Below, piece after piece: positions 56,523 to 60,226 of a stretch of DNA of 60,226 bases. Below the pieces are notes generated by a model that saw only the letters and a program-made list of their open reading frames with translations, searched no databases and was not told the DNA's origin. Source of the stretch: a virus (Duplodnaviria; Caudoviricetes); IMG/VR virus record IMGVR_UViG_3300021197_001319, positions 1 through 60,226 of that record, one strand, 5' to 3'. The translations under genes were made by a program, and so were the position numbers. Each line of letters begins with the position of its first letter. The first letter of the stretch is position 1.

Positions 56523-56796
56523 AGAAGAAAAAGAAAAATATGATAGCAAACGCATGGCTGAAATACAAAATTTGCTTGTAAAACATATTTCAGAAAATTT
56601 AAAATTGGATGAGGACTTTATGCTTATGGCTACCATGCTACTAAAACATAGTATGGTGTTGTACAAAACATTCCTTGATGATGATCAAATACGAAAAATG
56701 CTACATCATGTAGGCGAAACACTTAATGATGACGCGCATGATTTAGGTAATTATATAGATACTGACGACAAGGGCTCACCGCCTACTATGCACTAA
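56515..56796 (+). CDS. Hypothetical protein
   Basis: GGAGG SD. Confidence 0.65.
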   Translation: MTKEEKEKYDSKRMAEIQNLLVKHISENLKLDEDFMLMATMLLKHSMVLYKTFLDDDQIRKMLHHVGETLNDDAHDLGNYIDTDDKGSPPTMH

Positions 56797-57188
56797 ACGT
56801 ATATCGCTGGTACTAGATGCATAGCAACGGGCCAACTAAGCACAGTCATAGTTATTATCCAGTAGGTTGCAGTGTGCATGCACTGATCTAGTACATTGGT
56901 CCACCACCATTTGCGACTGTGTCCAACAGCACCAATAGCACTGTTAAGATGATGTTTACAATAATCTATATGCCAGTGTACGATATAATCAACTACACCA
57001 ATTAAGATTGCAATTTCCACTGGAAGCACTACAATCAGGCACACTAGCATGGTTGCTAATCCGTGTTGTAAATAATGATAGTGAGCCATAGGGCTAAAGT
57101 ATCTGTGCTTATCACTAGGCCCTATATATTGTTGCAGTCCTAGATCAACAATGAAGTGTTTTAGCATTAGAAGTCCAAACAGCGCCAT
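56793..57188 (-). CDS. DUF3307-like membrane protein
   Basis: KHFIVD..LQ, H..HG, HWHIDY.K, DQCMH. Confidence 0.75.
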   Translation of the reverse strand: MALFGLLMLKHFIVDLGLQQYIGPSDKHRYFSPMAHYHYLQHGLATMLVCLIVVLPVEIAILIGVVDYIVHWHIDYCKHHLNSAIGAVGHSRKWWWTNVLDQCMHTATYWIITMTVLSWPVAMHLVPAIYV

Positions 57189-57559
57189 TATTTTACCTTT
57201 TTAACTAACTGAATATTTCTTCTTTTACTACGCTTTTTTGCTAATTCAGCAATGCTTACACTTGGTCCGCGCATTAATTCTGTGTCGCGAATGTTGAATG
57301 TAATTAAAAAACTTGCAAACTGCACAAAATCATTTTTTAGAAACAGATTAATAGGTATAGTGCGATTACTTTCCCACCACCAGGTGTCACCTAGTTCTAA
57401 AAAAATTGGCTTTAAATCTTCATTAATTCTGCTATAGTCATACATGCTTAACACAGTATCATCCTGATTCTGTACTATACCAATGTATTCATTACCACCA
57501 TAAGTTACAAGACTCAAAAACGGATATTTTTCAAATATTTCTTCTGCTAGTGGAGGCAT
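57188..57559 (-). CDS. Hypothetical phage protein
   Basis: YPFLS...YIGIVQN...WWWESNR.IPINLFL; basic C-terminus. Confidence 0.7.
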   Translation of the reverse strand: MPPLAEEIFEKYPFLSLVTYGGNEYIGIVQNQDDTVLSMYDYSRINEDLKPIFLELGDTWWWESNRTIPINLFLKNDFVQFASFLITFNIRDTELMRGPSVSIAELAKKRSKRRNIQLVKKVK

Positions 57560-57582
57560 TCATTACTTTCGATAAATACAGT

Positions 57583-58338
57583 ATGACTGTTACTACTGGA
57601 TATTTATATGCACAAAAACACACTGCAGTAGTTACTGACACTGGAGTTAGCAATCAAATGAGCATGTTTTACACACCAAATATAAAAGTCTATCGTGGGA
57701 TAGATAATTTTATTCGTATAGAATTTAAAAATCGTGATCAAAAACGTGTTAGCATGACAGATCACACAGCAAACATTGTTATATTGGATAAAGAAAATAG
57801 TGTTGCATATGTAGAACGTGCGCTTACAGCAATTGATCCTCGCCGTGGACTGTTTGAAGCAAGTATTACTGAAAGTGATTTGTTAAATTTAGATAGTAAA
57901 TTTTACAGTTATGCACTTAAGGTAACAGATGGTGAAAGTCGTACAAGTCCTGCATATGCAGACGACAACTATAGTGCTAATGGTGTACTAGAAGTGTGTG
58001 AAGGTGTTTATCCTGCTTTTGTGGAAAGCACCGTAGAATCATTTGCTAGTGGTAACACAGGCAGTACAATAACAATTAAACCATATGTAAATCGCAACAC
58101 AGCACAACACACTGCACAAGTTTATTTTAGTAGTGCGTTCACAGGCACCCTGGAGATACAGGGCTCAATTAATCCAAGTAATAGTATTCAAAATGCTGAT
58201 TTTACAACTATAGCAACAGAAACATACACTGCACAAACAGACAATGCCTATGTAAACTTTACAGGTGTATACAGTGCAGTACGTTTTGTGCGTACAACTA
58301 CTAGTGGAACCCTGAGTCAAGTATTATATAGACCTTGA
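57583..58338 (+). CDS. Probable virion structural protein, beta-rich
   Basis: ATG 4 nt after ATAAATA (57572-57578); Thr/Ser-rich beta pattern. Confidence 0.55.
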   Translation: MTVTTGYLYAQKHTAVVTDTGVSNQMSMFYTPNIKVYRGIDNFIRIEFKNRDQKRVSMTDHTANIVILDKENSVAYVERALTAIDPRRGLFEASITESDLLNLDSKFYSYALKVTDGESRTSPAYADDNYSANGVLEVCEGVYPAFVESTVESFASGNTGSTITIKPYVNRNTAQHTAQVYFSSAFTGTLEIQGSINPSNSIQNADFTTIATETYTAQTDNAYVNFTGVYSAVRFVRTTTSGTLSQVLYRP

Positions 58339-58988
58339 AGTTAGTAGGATTTGGATGTAGTTTTACCTATGGAAGTGAACTTGTAGATCCACTAATAGGC
58401 ACGGAGTCACACCACGAAAATACTCAGTACAGAGAACGCAACGTTTGGTTAGGACAACTAGCAAAACTGCTAGGTGCTACCTATGACAATCGTGCAGAGC
58501 CTGCTAACAGTAACTATGCTATACAGTATCAGTTTGCTGACTGGTTTAACAATAATAGAGATCCAAATGAAACTGTAGCAGTGTGCATTGGCTGGACCGA
58601 ATCTCAGAGATTTAGTTGGTTAGATGATACGTGGACGCATAATAGTACAGCAAGAAATGATGAAAAGTTTTTGCACAGTCGCAAGGATTGGATTACTAGT
58701 AACGTTGACCATGACTACTGGACTGATGCAGCAAAACTATTTGTTAACAGTGTATGCAAATTGCACTCTATACCTATACTGCAGTTTAATGCAATAGGTG
58801 CTCACGCTACCACAAATTATCCAGGCTATTTTGTAGATGGAAGCACTATGGAAGGCATACTTAAACAAGCACAATTAGAGGATGTTCGTAAACAATTGTT
58901 TGCAAGCGGTGGACATCCTAACGAAGCAGGACATTTTTGGTTTACAAAACGCTTGACACTTTTTGCAAAAGAGCATATACTACTATAG
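58335..58988 (+). CDS. SGNH-like protein
   Basis: FGCSFTYG...ANSN...IGWT...GGHPNEAGH. Confidence 0.75.
   Translation: MKLVGFGCSFTYGSELVDPLIGTESHHENTQYRERNVWLGQLAKLLGATYDNRAEPANSNYAIQYQFADWFNNNRDPNETVAVCIGWTESQRFSWLDDTWTHNSTARNDEKFLHSRKDWITSNVDHDYWTDAAKLFVNSVCKLHSIPILQFNAIGAHATTNYPGYFVDGSTMEGILKQAQLEDVRKQLFASGGHPNEAGHFWFTKRLTLFAKEHILL
58953..58981 (+). promoter_or_regulatory. Sigma70 promoter for primase
   Basis: TTGACA-N17-TATACT; ATG 7 nt downstream with no SD. Confidence 0.8.
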
Positions 58989-59948
58989 ATGAATGGTATA
59001 CAACAAGCAGTATTAGATAATTTGCCCGGCAAACAAAAGCGAACTACCAATGGCTGGATTTCGTTTAATGCTGTATGCTGTCATCACAATGGCGAAAGCA
59101 TGGACAAGCGTAACAGAGGCGGAGTTATTGCAAGTGGTGATGCCATAAGTTATCACTGCTTTAACTGCAACTTCAAGACAGGCTGGCAGCCAGGCAGACA
59201 CATTAGTTTTAAGATGCGTAAACTACTTACATGGTTAGGCGTTGACGAAAACACAAGACAGATGCTTAACATAGAAGCACTGCGTATAAAAGAAACTGTT
59301 GTACCAGAAGATGTAGAAGAAGAAAAGTTTGAAGTAGAATTTAAGAGTAGACCACTGCCTGAAGGAGCAACACATACGCTGCCTGATAATATTCGTGAGT
59401 ATGCAGTTAAGCGTTGCTTGCCTGTAGATAAACTGATGTACAGTAACAGTCAACCTGCAGGTATGTGGAAGCGTATTATAGTCCCTTTTAAATGGGGAAG
59501 GCGTACAATAGGATTTAGTGCAAGGAGTACAGACGATGCCGGAAGACCCAAATATTTTACTAGTCATGATAGTGGCTACGTTTATGGGATTGATTCTCAG
59601 TTGCCTGATGCTAGGTTTGTAGTAGTTACAGAAGGACTACTGGATGCTATGTGTATAGGTGGTGTTGGTATAATGAGCAATCAATGCAGTGAAACGCAAG
59701 CACAAATTATTGACACACTGGGCAGAGAAGTAATACTAGTGCCAGACAGAGATCGTGCAGGTCAAAAACTAGTAGATGATGCACTGGAGTATGGCTGGAG
59801 TGTAAGTTTTCCTGACTGGGAAGCAGACGTAAAAGATGTAAATGATGCAGTAGTACGCTATGGCAAACTGTTTACACTTAAAAGTATTATAGATGCAAAA
59901 GAAACAATGAGACTAAAAATCAATCTTAAAAGGAAGCGTCTTGGTTAG
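58989..59948 (+). CDS. gp61: DNA primase (Zn-binding domain plus TOPRIM)
   Basis: CCH...HCFNC; VVTEGLLDA; PDRDRAG; KDVND. Confidence 0.9.
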   Translation: MNGIQQAVLDNLPGKQKRTTNGWISFNAVCCHHNGESMDKRNRGGVIASGDAISYHCFNCNFKTGWQPGRHISFKMRKLLTWLGVDENTRQMLNIEALRIKETVVPEDVEEEKFEVEFKSRPLPEGATHTLPDNIREYAVKRCLPVDKLMYSNSQPAGMWKRIIVPFKWGRRTIGFSARSTDDAGRPKYFTSHDSGYVYGIDSQLPDARFVVVTEGLLDAMCIGGVGIMSNQCSETQAQIIDTLGREVILVPDRDRAGQKLVDDALEYGWSVSFPDWEADVKDVNDAVVRYGKLFTLKSIIDAKETMRLKINLKRKRLG

Positions 59949-60213
59949 TTTACATATAGAACCTACTAGTAGATGTACACTTGCATGTCCTAGGTGCGAA
60001 CGTACAACTTTTTTAGAAAAGTTTGGAAAGAAAAACTTTAGCATAGATGACTTAAATATTAGCATACTTGAAAATTTTATAGACACGCCTTGCGATGATA
60101 TTATACTTTGCGGAAACGTAGGTGATCCAATATATCATCGAGAATTTATAAAGTTAGTAAAAATGTTAACACAAAAATGTCAAAGAATAGTAATAACTAC
60201 AAATGGCAGTTAA
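59941..60213 (+). pseudogene. Radical SAM protein N-terminus ending in a premature TAA
   Basis: CTLACPRC, CGNVGDP, TTNGS then TAA at only 90 aa, 13 nt before the window end. Confidence 0.55.
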
Positions 60214-60226
60214 AAAAGTAGAAAAT

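Noticed and set aside
266-59567. Many short ORF-track entries antisense to or nested in long genes
   Set aside because: Shadow ORFs without RBS or motifs, overlapping well-supported genes
1-60226. tRNA/rRNA genes, introns, inteins, alternative genetic code
   Set aside because: Intergenic gaps are short with no cloverleaf seen; gp17, UvsX, UvsW and primase are uninterrupted and of normal length; TAA, TAG and TGA all serve as stops

Overview
This window is part of a large AT-rich T4-like (myovirus) phage genome. The host is probably a marine alphaproteobacterium, inferred from a Usg-family gene and a Rhodobacterales/SAR-type porin. Bases 1-20.6 kb hold virion and packaging genes: gp15, gp14 and gp13 neck/tail completion, a 1074-aa gp18 sheath, gp19 tube, gp4, gp16, gp17 and acidic putative internal head proteins. 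Replication and recombination genes (gp32, uvsX, uvsY, uvsW, an exonuclease, a gp62-like protein, the gp61 primase and a 187-aa miniature DnaE) are interleaved with accessory enzymes, including 7 SGNH-like and 4 radical SAM genes. There is also a 14-gene, ~13.4 kb glycan-modification island and a block of small early genes. Three promoter classes can be read directly: six near-identical early promoters (GGTTGACA-N16-extended -10-AGTAAGTT), canonical 17-bp sigma70 promoters, and T4-type late ATAAATA boxes; many of the last two classes appear to give leaderless mRNAs. The most novel candidate is an unannotated two-hairpin RNA at 49561-49650. Its loop carries two copies of CTCTCTCCTC, complementary to the GAGGAGAGA(G) ribosome-binding sites of the phage's own early genes, suggesting an anti-Shine-Dalgarno sRNA. 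Other highlights are the mini-DnaE, a circularly permuted LysM domain, the phage porin, a SutA-like/AT-hook peptide and a kinase-methyltransferase pair present both fused and split. All functional calls come from motif recognition by eye; no searches were run.
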